Shown here piece by piece: positions 28,635 through 38,175 of a stretch of DNA of 64,000 nucleotides. This stretch comes from Phycisphaerales bacterium. GTDB lineage: Bacteria > Planctomycetota > Phycisphaerae > WQYP01. Positions within the stretch are counted from its first letter, which is position 1. Every line of letters begins with the position of its first letter. A program made the translations under genes and the position numbers. A model generated the notes under the pieces. It was not told where the DNA came from, did not search any database, and was given only the letters and a program-made list of their open reading frames with translations. The DNA is taken from positions 24,125 to 88,124 of the forward strand of contig DAIDJN010000063.1 of NCBI GenBank assembly GCA_027451365.1, read 5' to 3'.

Positions 28635-30022
28635 CGGCTGGCACTCCCTTTTTTGCCAACTCCGGGCCATTCCAACAGCACCACTTCCTCGCGAAGTTGC
28701 TCGCCCGTGGCGGTTGCCAACCGAGTGCGAAACAGGTCGATTCCCTTCACCCGGTATCCGCGTGATTCGGCGATATCCGCGAGGATTTCACCAGTGCGAA
28801 TCATGACGCGTAAGTAAGACGCCTGATCTCCAACCACATAGGCCAAGCGTGCACCGGGGCGGAGCCATGGCTTGAGATTCTCAAAATGTCGCGCCATCCC
28901 GCCGAAATAGCTTCGCGCTACGGTTGCGTACATGCGCTCAAAGCCACTGGTTTTTCCCTGTTCGAGCCTTCGCTTTTCTATCTCCGCGGCGATCTTTTGA
29001 ATTTCCCGATGGGACTCCACCCAATGGTGATCATCATCGCCGCAGTATACGTTGCGGGTATTGGACCGAACCAAAGATTGTTTAAGTCGTCTTAGGTCAG
29101 CCTTGTCTTTGATAAAGCCGAGAATGACGGATTCCAGACGCGTGGTACGGGTATAATCCTTTTCGTTGGGATATGGCGGTGAAGTAATCACGGCGTCAAT
29201 ACCGCCCGGTTCGAGGCCGTCGGGGATCGCCCGGGCGTCGCCAGCCAGAACGCGACTGACGGCCGGCGGAATTTGCCGCAGCCCGTCCAGGTCAATCGCT
29301 ATCGCCGCGACCCGTGTAAACCATTCCCGCACCACTGCGGCGTCCGCTTTGGGTTTTCCCACGCCCACCTCTGGTCCGAAATGCAGATTGCCTGTCGCTT
29401 CGACTAGGGCACGCGCCAGCGCCAGGCGGCAGTAGTCAACCAACGGAGCCGGGGCGAGCTTGTGTATTTTCTCCAGCAGCACCAGCGTTTTATGGAGCGG
29501 GATTGGACTGATGGAGGCACGAAGCAACAGTTTGAATTGTGGTTCGTCGAGTGTCAGAAGCGTCGAGTGCCGCTTCACGCGCCGGGCAACGTCAAACAGC
29601 GGCGCCTCGGCGTCATCGGGATACCCCTGTGCGGCCAAATCGGTGTTGGTCGATTCCGCGATCTTCTGCGCCAAGGCAAGCAGTTGCCGCCCGGAAACGC
29701 CCCATTGCGTCTTGACGGCCGATGCAAAATGAGCCATCGGATTGGCCTCTATTCCAAGGCTGCCGATACTTAACTTCTTGCACTCCACCAGTGTCGTACC
29801 GGTGCCGCAGAAAGGGTCAAGCACGATCTGTCCCACTCCAACGTTGAACCGTTCAAGATACTGGCGGACCAGGTGCGGCGGATATGAGAGGACAAACCGA
29901 TACCATTCGTGTCCGGCGCGATCTGAAGGCAATAATCGGTTTGAGGCAACGCAGGCCCGCACCTTCCGTGGGCGTTCAACTATTGCTCGGTCAGATTCAA
30001 ACATCATCACTTCCAGTCGCAT
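28631..30022 (-). CDS. DNA methyltransferase, amino-MTase (N4-cytosine or N6-adenine), alpha-like motif order
   Basis: VLDPFCGTGTTLVE (motif I, FxGxG SAM site) at about aa 70 and VITSPPYPNEKDY (motif IV, SPPY, typical of m4C/m6A MTases) at about aa 280. Confidence 0.8.
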   Translation of the reverse strand: MRLEVMMFESDRAIVERPRKVRACVASNRLLPSDRAGHEWYRFVLSYPPHLVRQYLERFNVGVGQIVLDPFCGTGTTLVECKKLSIGSLGIEANPMAHFASAVKTQWGVSGRQLLALAQKIAESTNTDLAAQGYPDDAEAPLFDVARRVKRHSTLLTLDEPQFKLLLRASISPIPLHKTLVLLEKIHKLAPAPLVDYCRLALARALVEATGNLHFGPEVGVGKPKADAAVVREWFTRVAAIAIDLDGLRQIPPAVSRVLAGDARAIPDGLEPGGIDAVITSPPYPNEKDYTRTTRLESVILGFIKDKADLRRLKQSLVRSNTRNVYCGDDDHHWVESHREIQKIAAEIEKRRLEQGKTSGFERMYATVARSYFGGMARHFENLKPWLRPGARLAYVVGDQASYLRVMIRTGEILADIAESRGYRVKGIDLFRTRLATATGEQLREEVVLLEWPGVGKKGSASR

Positions 30023-30355
30023 CCGAAATATATGAATTCCGATGATATACCGGCTCGCTTGAGATTCAAAACAGGTTGCAAAGAATTATCAGTTCATAAC
30101 AGTATGCGCACTGACTGCAATTGTGTTCGGCTAAACCTTAAACCAGTTTGGACTTCAGTGGGCCACCAAGCCCAAAACGTCGGCAAATGGAAGTCAATAC
30201 CTGGACTCAGCGGGCCGTTGATATCTGCGGCCTGCGCCCATTTGCGCGATTTGGAACGCCCGCTTGAATGAATCCGGTCCATGGCGGATAATTCCACTTG
30301 CCCGTATCGGGAATTGGATGTCGCAACGGAACGCGGACAGGAGACGGCCTGCGCC

Positions 30356-31114
30356 ATGCTGAGTAACTTATTTCTCATCTGCGCAGTGGTCGGAGGCACC
30401 GTATTTGTGTGCCAATTCGTTTTAAGTCTGTTTTCACTGGGCGGACATCTTCCGGGCAGTCACGCCACGCATTTGCCGACCGGCCACGCCACGCATCTGC
30501 CGGGCGGCCACGTGCATACCATGCCCGCAGACCATTCCTTGCGCGGCACGCTGCAGAATGCCCATGCCGCCATTCCGCACGGTGGGTCTCCCGTCAAAGA
30601 CGGCCCGCCGGGCTGGATGGGCGGTCTGATGCGCCACGCTCTGGGCCTGCGTCATGCCACCGGCGGAGCCGGTGAAACCTGGCTGGCCGGCATGGTCAGT
30701 TTTCAGGGAATTGTGGCGGCGGTTACCGCATTTGGGCTGGCGGGAATGGCCGCACTTTCCATGGGCTGGTGGACTGGACTGGTGCTGCTGGCCGCGGCGG
30801 TCGCCGGCGCCGGCTGCAGTGCCCTGACCGCCGGCATGCTGCAATGGCTGATGCGCCAGCAGGACGACGGCACCGTACAAACAGCCGACTGCGTCGGTGC
30901 CACGGGAACCGTGTATCTTTCTGTGCCGGCCACCAATGCCGGAATGGGCAAAGTGCTGATTCATGTGCAAGGCCGTACAATGGAATACGCGGCGATTACC
31001 TGGGTGGACCGGGAACTGGCTGCCGGTGAAGAAATTATTGTCGTTGGCGTACATGCAGCGGGCGTGCTGGAAATAGCCCCGGCGGCAAATGTACCGATTC
31101 GAGTAGAACTTTAA
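30356..31114 (+). CDS. NfeD-family membrane protein (OB-fold C-terminus) with a His-rich tandem repeat
   Basis: N-terminal TM (MLSNLFLICAVVGGTVFVCQFVL), several further TM helices, and a C-terminal VQGRTMEYAAITWVDRELAAGEEIIVVGV OB-like segment typical of NfeD short forms. It lies immediately upstream of an SPFH protein. The HATHLPTGHATHLPGGHVH repeat is encoded by two 24-nt tandem units. Confidence 0.65.
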   Translation: MLSNLFLICAVVGGTVFVCQFVLSLFSLGGHLPGSHATHLPTGHATHLPGGHVHTMPADHSLRGTLQNAHAAIPHGGSPVKDGPPGWMGGLMRHALGLRHATGGAGETWLAGMVSFQGIVAAVTAFGLAGMAALSMGWWTGLVLLAAAVAGAGCSALTAGMLQWLMRQQDDGTVQTADCVGATGTVYLSVPATNAGMGKVLIHVQGRTMEYAAITWVDRELAAGEEIIVVGVHAAGVLEIAPAANVPIRVEL

Positions 31115-31129
31115 GAGAGGTATTGCACC

Positions 31130-32872
31130 ATGTCTGTTCCAATCTGCATCCTGGCGATGGCGAATTTTCCAACGGAATGGCTGGTACTGCTGGCGGCGTT
31201 TGTGGCCGCGATTTTCCTTCTTTTTGTCATTATGGCGTTAAGCCGCTTCAAGCGGTGCCCGAGTAATCGGATACTGGTGATTTACGGCAAGGTGGGAAGC
31301 GGCAATACCGCCCGGTGCGTGCATGGCGGCGCGGCGTTTGTGCTGCCGCTGATTCAGGATTATTCATTTCTGAATCTTGAGCCGTTGCAGATTGAAATAC
31401 CACTGGCCGGCGCATTGTCCATAGAAAATATCCGCGTGAATGTACCCAGCGTGTTCACGGTGGCCATCGGCACGCAGCCGGAATTAATGCAGAATGCGGC
31501 CATCCGCCTGCTGGGGCTGGATATGAAACGAATTCAGGAACGGGTGGAACATATTATTTTCGGTCAGCTTCGCGAAGTGGTCGCATCCATGCGGATTGAA
31601 GACATCACACGCCACCGCGAGCAGTTTCTCAAAAATATTCAACTGTCCCTGGAACCGGAATTGAACAAACTCGGTCTGGTGCTGTTAAATGTAAACATTA
31701 CCGATATTACCGATGAATCGGGCTATATTGTGGCCATCGGAAAAAAGGCGGCTTCCCAGGCCGTGCAGCAGGCGCTGGTGGATGTTTCACAGCAGGAAAA
31801 GCTTGGCGCCGGCGGCGTGGCCGATGCCGAACGCGAACGCGCTATTCAGGTGGCCAACGCACAGAAACTTAAGGAAATCGGCCTGCATGAAGCCCAGAAG
31901 GACCAGGCTGTGCGCATTGCCGAACTGGAAAGAGACCAGAAACTTGGTGAACAGCAGACCTTGCGCGACCAGGCCGTGCGTATGGCCGAATTAAACAAGG
32001 AACAGAAAATCGCGGAGCAGGCGGCAAGTTTTGAACGCGATTCAAAAATTAAGGAAGCCGAACAGGTCATGCGTATTTCCGTGGCCGAAGCCAACGCCAA
32101 GGCCATCGCGGGCGAAAGTCTGGCACAGGGGGATGTCGCCCTGGCACAATCGCAATTACAGGTAAAACAGGCTGAAGCGTTCCGGCTTTCAGAAACAAAA
32201 AAACGCGAAGCAGACGCCGCGGTGCAGGAAGCCCAGAATCTGGCCATGGCCAAGGCCGCACTGGCCAACGCCCAGCGCGTGGAAGCTGAACGCCGCGCCG
32301 CCGTCGAAGCTCCCGCCAAAGCCGAAAAGGCCAGAATTCTGGTTGAAGCCCAGGCCGCGGCGGAAAAACGCCGCATGGAAGCGGAAGCCGAAGCCAACGC
32401 GTTATTCGTGCGGCTGGAAGCCGAAGCCAAGGGCCAGTACGAAATTCTGGCCAAAAAGGCGGAGGGTCTTAAACAGATCATCGAATCCTGCGGCAGCGCC
32501 GATAAGGCGTTCCAGATGCTGATGCTCGAACATATGGACAAACTTGCCGAAACGGCCGCGACCGCCATTTCCAACATCAAATTCGACAAAGTGGTGGTAT
32601 GGGAAGGCGGAAGAAACTCGGAAAACGGCACGGCTTCGGCAAATTTCCTCCAGGGCATGGCCCGCAGCATGCCGCCGATGCTGCAGGTGCTTCGCGATAT
32701 CGGCGGCGTGGAATTACCCGCCTTCCTGGGCCGATCGTCAGACTCGCCCCGCCCGGCCGGACGCGATCCGGAATCCGCGGCCAGCGAAAACGGCAGCCAT
32801 GCGGACACCCATGCCGGTGAGCCGGTTGCGGTTAAACCATCGGACGCGGAACCTTCCACCCCAGTCACATAA
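31130..32872 (+). CDS. Flotillin-like SPFH/band-7 protein
   Basis: N-terminal TM, an SPFH core (RILVIYGKVGSG...IRVNVPSVFTVAIG), and a long Ala/Glu/Lys-rich coiled coil with EA-like repeats (AEAEANALFVRLEAEAKG). GAGAGG is upstream. Confidence 0.85.
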   Translation: MSVPICILAMANFPTEWLVLLAAFVAAIFLLFVIMALSRFKRCPSNRILVIYGKVGSGNTARCVHGGAAFVLPLIQDYSFLNLEPLQIEIPLAGALSIENIRVNVPSVFTVAIGTQPELMQNAAIRLLGLDMKRIQERVEHIIFGQLREVVASMRIEDITRHREQFLKNIQLSLEPELNKLGLVLLNVNITDITDESGYIVAIGKKAASQAVQQALVDVSQQEKLGAGGVADAERERAIQVANAQKLKEIGLHEAQKDQAVRIAELERDQKLGEQQTLRDQAVRMAELNKEQKIAEQAASFERDSKIKEAEQVMRISVAEANAKAIAGESLAQGDVALAQSQLQVKQAEAFRLSETKKREADAAVQEAQNLAMAKAALANAQRVEAERRAAVEAPAKAEKARILVEAQAAAEKRRMEAEAEANALFVRLEAEAKGQYEILAKKAEGLKQIIESCGSADKAFQMLMLEHMDKLAETAATAISNIKFDKVVVWEGGRNSENGTASANFLQGMARSMPPMLQVLRDIGGVELPAFLGRSSDSPRPAGRDPESAASENGSHADTHAGEPVAVKPSDAEPSTPVT

Positions 32873-32887
32873 TATAAGGATATTGAT

Positions 32888-33574
32888 ATGCTTAAACGTA
32901 TTGGCAATCTGTTCAGAGGCATGGTCGGATCTTCCGTATCGGCCGTGGAACGTCGAAATCCGGAAATGCTGCTGGAAGTGGAAAAGGAGAATCTGCGTAC
33001 CCAGATCGGCAAATTCAACCGCGGTCTGGCGGCGCATGCCGGGCTTTGCGAACGGTTGATGGCGCGGGTCAAGGCACTGGAATCTGACCAGCAGGACATG
33101 ACCGAACGCACGCGGGCACATCTGGCGGCGGGGAACCGCGATGCCGCCGCGCAATACGCCCTGCGGCTGAAGACCACCACCAAAGACCTGGATGAAAACC
33201 GCCGCCAGCTCTCCGCGGCGGAGGAAACCTATTCCACCCTTATCAAACAGCGTGACGTGGTTGTGGATGCCGCCCGGCAGAAAATTGAGGCCTTGCGTCA
33301 GTCCATTGACGAATTGAAGGTAAAAAAAGCCATGGCGGAAATGACTGAAATGGCCTCCGGCATGGTGACCGGTATCGGTGGCGGAGATACGCTGGCCCGA
33401 TTGCGCGAAATGGTCGACTCGGAAAAGGCCAACGCCGCGGGAAGAATCCGCGTCGCCAAAGATTCCATGAGCCTGACCGATCTGGATATTAAAGAGCGCG
33501 AACAAAAAGCGCTGGCCGATCAGGCGCTGGCGGAATTTGAAGGCAAGCCGCAATTGCCTTCCGGCGAAAGCTGA
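32888..33574 (+). CDS. pspA: PspA/IM30 (Vipp1) family protein
   Basis: MLKRIGNLFRGMVGSSVSAVERRNPEMLLEVEKENLRTQ is the PspA/IM30 N-terminus. It is coiled coil throughout, 228 aa, with AAGGA upstream. Confidence 0.8.
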   Translation: MLKRIGNLFRGMVGSSVSAVERRNPEMLLEVEKENLRTQIGKFNRGLAAHAGLCERLMARVKALESDQQDMTERTRAHLAAGNRDAAAQYALRLKTTTKDLDENRRQLSAAEETYSTLIKQRDVVVDAARQKIEALRQSIDELKVKKAMAEMTEMASGMVTGIGGGDTLARLREMVDSEKANAAGRIRVAKDSMSLTDLDIKEREQKALADQALAEFEGKPQLPSGES

Positions 33575-33639
33575 AAAAGGCCGCAATAGACTTTAGCCCC
33601 CCCGCTTTCGGGCGGTGCATTTTTAACCACAAACTGCCT

Positions 33640-33676
33640 CCTGTTTTGCCTGGTTGCAAAACAGGCTGAATTTTTT
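33640..33676 (+). terminator. Rho-independent terminator after pspA
   Basis: CCTGTTTTGC-ctggtt-GCAAAACAGG followed by ctgaaTTTTTT. It is preceded by a mini-hairpin CCCG-cttt-CGGG plus a T-run. Confidence 0.65.
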
Positions 33677-33797
33677 CAGGAAACAAGGTCACCGGAACAC
33701 AGGACACAAAGTGAATTGTGATTTGGGCAAGCCGCGCCACATGACCCCGCAATTGCTTTCCACCCGCAATGCTTGGACCGGGCGACCGAGCCGCAAT

Positions 33798-34199
33798 TCA
33801 GCGCGAATTGCCGGTTTTGCCCGGGCCGCGATAAATGCAGCGACTGGTACAGGTTTCCTGAACCACAATCTGTGAAAGGCCGGGCAGGCCCGGGGCCAGA
33901 TGTTCCCATATCCAAACGGCCAGATTCTCGCTGGTTGGATTTTCCAATCCGGGAATATCATTCAGATACTGGTGGTCCAGAATGTCATGCAGCGGTGCGA
34001 ATGCTTTTTGCAAGTCCGCAAAATCCAGAAGCCAGCCGGTTTCCGGCGGTACCGGACCGTGGACGCAGACTTCTATGCGAAACGAATGACCATGCAGACG
34101 GGCGCATTTATGGCCCGCCGGAACCTTTGGCAGGCGGTGGGCGGCTTCAAAACGAAACTCGCGAACCAGGGAGACTTCAAATGCGGGGGAATTTTTCAT
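33798..34199 (-). CDS. queD: 6-carboxy-5,6,7,8-tetrahydropterin synthase
   Basis: [30 protein letters not shown] is the PTPS/QueD Zn-binding His motifs with the CxxxHGH signature. Confidence 0.85.
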   Translation of the reverse strand: MKNSPAFEVSLVREFRFEAAHRLPKVPAGHKCARLHGHSFRIEVCVHGPVPPETGWLLDFADLQKAFAPLHDILDHQYLNDIPGLENPTSENLAVWIWEHLAPGLPGLSQIVVQETCTSRCIYRGPGKTGNSR

Positions 34200-34301
34200 G
34201 GCCGGATTTTAACCGAATCCGTGCCAACCGCGTAGCGGACTCAAGACGGCGGCCATGCCCGAATTTCACAATCGGTAAACAGGGTGCCCCAAGACTCCTG
34301 T

Positions 34302-34910
34302 CTATTTACGCCAGTGGTAATTTTCCAGCAGCGCCCAGAGTTTGTTGATCGAATCGGTGTTTACCGCAATAGCATTGCGCAAATAACGCGAAAGTCCAGG
34401 GCCGGCGCGGGCGGCCTTGGCTTCTTTTTCGGCGGCTTTATCCAGGGCCAGTTGCCAGGAATAATCCATGTACATCATCACCAGATATCGCTTCTGGAAA
34501 TCGGCGGAATTGCTGTGCAGAAGCAGGCCGCCCTCATCATCGGCAATAATTCCCTGAGCCTTGCCGAACAGCGCCGGCCGCCGACGATAGGTCAGACTGA
34601 CCGCGTGACGGCCTGCCCAGGATTTTAATTCCGCCAGCAATTTTCCCTGAGTTTTGGACATATAGCTGTTGAAGGCCTTCACGGGCACGGTAAGACCTTT
34701 GAAGTCCGCCAGAAAGGCCAACTGTGTTTTGTCCTTGTGGGCTTTGGCCAGCGATGGCAGCAAAGCATATATGCGATACATTGCGGCGTTCGGGGCAGCC
34801 TGTTTCAGCGGTATGGTCGGTGGCGACACGCTGGCACATCCGGTCAGGGCGGCCGCCAGCAATAGGATCAGCAGGCAGCGAAATACCGCGACCGCCGGTG
34901 AAAAGGCCAT
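34302..34910 (-). CDS. Lipoprotein of unknown function
   Basis: The internal ATG gives MAFSPAVAVFRCLLILLLAAALTGCAS (lipobox LTGC). The ORF-track 63-aa N-terminal extension is not supported; an alternative ATG at 34991 has GGGAG upstream. Confidence 0.55.
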   Translation of the reverse strand: MAFSPAVAVFRCLLILLLAAALTGCASVSPPTIPLKQAAPNAAMYRIYALLPSLAKAHKDKTQLAFLADFKGLTVPVKAFNSYMSKTQGKLLAELKSWAGRHAVSLTYRRRPALFGKAQGIIADDEGGLLLHSNSADFQKRYLVMMYMDYSWQLALDKAAEKEAKAARAGPGLSRYLRNAIAVNTDSINKLWALLENYHWRK

Positions 34911-35019
34911 CGCAGCAGGAACCGCTTTGGATAATGATGGTTCAGCAGGCCCGCCGCGCGTGCGGATAAACAGGCAATATTTTGGCGGCATGGTGGTAAC
35001 TCCCGGCTTTGGCTGCGGT

Positions 35020-35529
35020 TCAGGCCGGGGCAGCGGATTTTTTCCCGGACAGCAATCTGCCAAGTGTGATATTTCCCGGCCCCAGCAGCAACATGGCAAT
35101 GGTAATGACTAACAGCGAAAAGGGGAATTGCGCCGCGAAAATAACCGCAGTAGGATGCCCCGGATTTTTTGCGTGTGCGGCGATCGCCTTGGCCACGGCG
35201 GCATTGTGGGCAATCGCCCCGTGCGCTGAGACAAAGGTTGCGACCAGCATATTAAAAGCCAGCGGTATGGCAAACAGCCGCTGGCCGGTACCGATCAGAA
35301 AAAACAGCCCGCCAAAAAATTCAGCGCAGGCGCTAAGTGTGGCGCTGACATAGGGCATCGGCGCGTGCATCATGGTAAGGAACGCCGCGAAACCGGCAAT
35401 ACCAGGCCCGCCAAAGGCGCCGAAAAGCTTCTGTGAACCGTAGTACAGGAAAATTGCCGCAAAAAGAAGGCGAATCAGAAGCAATGCAATGTCCTGAATC
35501 GGGGTGGTGGATCGGGTGCTGTTGACCAT
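35020..35529 (-). CDS. DoxX-family membrane protein
   Basis: MVNSTRS...IALLLIRLLFAAIFLYYGSQKLFG is the DoxX signature, with 4 TM segments. GAGGAGA is upstream of the ATG at 35529. Confidence 0.8.
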   Translation of the reverse strand: MVNSTRSTTPIQDIALLLIRLLFAAIFLYYGSQKLFGAFGGPGIAGFAAFLTMMHAPMPYVSATLSACAEFFGGLFFLIGTGQRLFAIPLAFNMLVATFVSAHGAIAHNAAVAKAIAAHAKNPGHPTAVIFAAQFPFSLLVITIAMLLLGPGNITLGRLLSGKKSAAPA

Positions 35530-35918
35530 GACGAGTCTCCTCAAACAAGTTTAATACTAAACTATAATTTAATGATACTACCGGTTCAGTCCATGTGTCA
35601 AGCGGTTATTCACTGGATTTCCATGTGGGTCATAACGCGATATGCGGTTAAAGCTTGTTATAGAATTCAACGAACGGGGAATTATTGGCCTATAAAATTA
35701 GCCTCCGCGGCGACAAGCGGCGCGGAATGGCTGGCGATACGGAGGAATTGGGCGTTTTGTTAAAATTATATTAAAATGAAAAAATAAACTATTTTTGCAA
35801 AAAATGTTTGACTTAAGGGTTACGCACGGGGATAATCCGACCACTGCCAACTGGCGAAGCTTTGTTGCCCGCCAGATTATTATCGGCAGAAAGGCATCCT
35901 TTTCAGGAGTACCATCTA

Positions 35919-36686
35919 ATGGTTCGTTTGAAGAATGGAGTCTCCAAATTGCTGCTACCGGCTGCCGCGGCCGCCGGTCTGCTGCTCGCGGGCGTTGGAA
36001 ACGCCGGGGCAGCACCCGTCATTGAATACAGCCTTAATGGCGGGGCCAGTTTTTCCACCATCAGCCCGAGTACAGGCAGCCAGACCGTTGGCGCATATAC
36101 GATCACGGGCCTAAGTGTCACCGCGACACAAAGCCTAACCAGTTCGGTGCTGGATTTATCTTTCAGTTCGCTGACATCTACCGCGACCAACCAATCGCTG
36201 CTTCTGGAAGCTTCCGATACCGGGTTCACTTATGATCCGGCCACGGCATATCTGAATTCCGCGGCTTCAACATCGGTGAACGAATCGGCCGGATCTTCCG
36301 GCGGCGATACGATCAGCATGTCGGCCGGTTCAGATTCCGCAAATGCGACCTACGTCTTTAGCACTTCGGCTTCGCCATCGCCGAACAGCTATTCCTCGCC
36401 AAGCTCCCAAAGTGGCGGGACCTATACCCCCACTTTCACCACGGGGCAAACCGCGACTACGAACATTAATTCAACGGGATATTCGCTTTCGACGTCGATC
36501 TCCGCGGCCATTCTTGGCAGCGTCGGTTTTAATGCATACGACTCGTTTGGTCCGACAACTTCAACGGCCTTTATCACCACACCCGCAGGCCCGGCTCTGG
36601 CGATTCCGGCCACCGGCTGGCTTTCGCTGGTTGGCGGATCGGCGATGTTTGGCGGCCTGGCGATTCGCCGCCGCATGAAATCCTGA
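35919..36686 (+). CDS. Secreted Ser/Thr-rich protein with PEP-CTERM-like C-terminal sorting tail
   Basis: Signal peptide MVRLKNGVSKLLLPAAAAAGLLLAGVGNAGA, a low-complexity S/T-rich body, and a C-terminal IPATGWLSLVGGSAMFGGLAIRRRMKS (P-x-T/P, TM, basic tail). AGGAG is upstream. Confidence 0.6.
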   Translation: MVRLKNGVSKLLLPAAAAAGLLLAGVGNAGAAPVIEYSLNGGASFSTISPSTGSQTVGAYTITGLSVTATQSLTSSVLDLSFSSLTSTATNQSLLLEASDTGFTYDPATAYLNSAASTSVNESAGSSGGDTISMSAGSDSANATYVFSTSASPSPNSYSSPSSQSGGTYTPTFTTGQTATTNINSTGYSLSTSISAAILGSVGFNAYDSFGPTTSTAFITTPAGPALAIPATGWLSLVGGSAMFGGLAIRRRMKS

Positions 36687-36717
36687 CCCACCTGCTGTTT
36701 ATAATTAACTTTCCATT

Positions 36718-36755
36718 GCGGGATGGCCGATCATTGGCCACCCCGCTTTTTTTTT
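36718..36755 (+). terminator. Rho-independent terminator
   Basis: GCGGGATGGCC-gatcatt-GGCCACCCCGC followed by TTTTTTTTT. Confidence 0.8.
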
Positions 36756-36929
36756 GCGATTTCACATCAATCAGCCACCGGAATACTTTATCGCAATTTT
36801 GGCTTTTTCGCGGGAAGCCGGGCCGCCTGAATGCCACCGCAAAACCGATTCGCATTCAGCACTACCCGCGGCTGCCGCCATCATCTGCTCCGTGCTGACG
36901 TTTCCCGGCCGGGGCGGTATAACTTGGCC

Positions 36930-37364
36930 ATGGCAATCTTCGGACATGGCATAGACATGGTGGAAATTGACCGCATCGACGGGCTGTTGGCCCGCCATGG
37001 CGACCATTTTCTGACACGCTGCTTTACACCAGCGGAACGCACCTATTGTGCCGCCAGACACACACCGGCCATGCACTTTGCCGCGCGCTTTTGTGTGAAA
37101 GAAGCGCTGGTAAAGGCGCTGGGAACAGGCTTTCGTGGCACAATGGCCTGGACGGACATAAGTGTGGAAAGCGACCCACTGGGCAAGCCACGCGTGCGGT
37201 TAAGCGGGGCCACGGCGGACATTGCCGCCGCACGCGGCATTACATATTGGCATATTTCAATATCTCATACCAGACAGCATGCCATCGCCAGCGTCATTGC
37301 CGAATCAGCCGCGGTCGCCACCGGGACGGTATTGCGCAAAACAGACACTCAGCCTCAATATTGA
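36930..37364 (+). CDS. acpS: Holo-[acyl-carrier-protein] synthase
   Basis: MAIFGHGIDMVEIDRI...FAARFCVKEALVKALGTG is the AcpS 4'-phosphopantetheinyl transferase signature. Confidence 0.85.
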   Translation: MAIFGHGIDMVEIDRIDGLLARHGDHFLTRCFTPAERTYCAARHTPAMHFAARFCVKEALVKALGTGFRGTMAWTDISVESDPLGKPRVRLSGATADIAAARGITYWHISISHTRQHAIASVIAESAAVATGTVLRKTDTQPQY

Positions 37365-37413
37365 AAAAAAACAAACCGCCCCGCCGGCCGACGGATGATT
37401 CTCTGGGGCTGTT

Positions 37414-37803
37414 TCAGACCGTGGCCGTGGTGGCGGCGCGGAATTCCGCCCAATCTGCGTTGTCCCAGCCGACATGGCTGCCGATGGGAAACTCTGTCGC
37501 CGGCTGGTTTTCAGGCAACTTGACGGTGACTTCATAACCGGTCTGCACGCGCAATTCATTGCGATGCACATTCTGTTCCAGCACCATGCCCTGCATGCGC
37601 CGGGGGCGGCCGAACAAAGGTTCCACATAATTTCCACCCAGACTGACCATTTCCGCTTTACGCGCATAGGCGTAAACTTCACCCACCACGCGGCTGCCAA
37701 TCTGGGGCGGTTCGCCGACAAATTTGAAGGTGTTGCAATAATTGGCATTGAGCATTTTAAGGGTCACCAGGCCATCCTGGGTTGCGTCCACAATAAATTT
37801 CAT
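37414..37803 (-). CDS. Hypothetical protein
   Basis: 129-aa ORF from an internal ATG with GGAGAC upstream (MKFIVDATQDGLVTLKM...). No recognisable motif. Confidence 0.4.
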   Translation of the reverse strand: MKFIVDATQDGLVTLKMLNANYCNTFKFVGEPPQIGSRVVGEVYAYARKAEMVSLGGNYVEPLFGRPRRMQGMVLEQNVHRNELRVQTGYEVTVKLPENQPATEFPIGSHVGWDNADWAEFRAATTATV

Positions 37804-38175
37804 GCGTCGGGTCTCCAATTCATACGGCCACCAGTCCATGGCCGAACCGGATTATACGCGCGCCGCGGCCGGCGGCAAAGGGCCGAGCGGGCAGTCGGGC
37901 CACGGGGAAGCTGCTTACAGCGACCCTATTTTGCGGATATTGAACATGACTTGCCAAAGACCCATGCTGGCTTATTGCACGGCTTTGCGCGGGGAGAATG
38001 CGTTGCCGATGGATCGGGACGATGTATGAATGCGGTCCTGATTATCTTTATGGCGTGAGCGCCAGCGTGCCGGGCGGAACGCCGGGCACCTGATTTTGCC
38101 GCTCCGATCACTCTGCCTGAATCACGGCGCTGCGCTTCAGCCTGCTGCCGCATAAGAAGCCAGAACGGGCGGAAA

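Noticed and set aside
31846-33183. 445-aa minus-strand ORF opposite the flotillin and pspA genes
   Set aside because: It is Ala/Ser/Arg-rich low complexity generated by the antisense of the EA-repeat coiled-coil coding region. Both sense-strand genes have clear family signatures.
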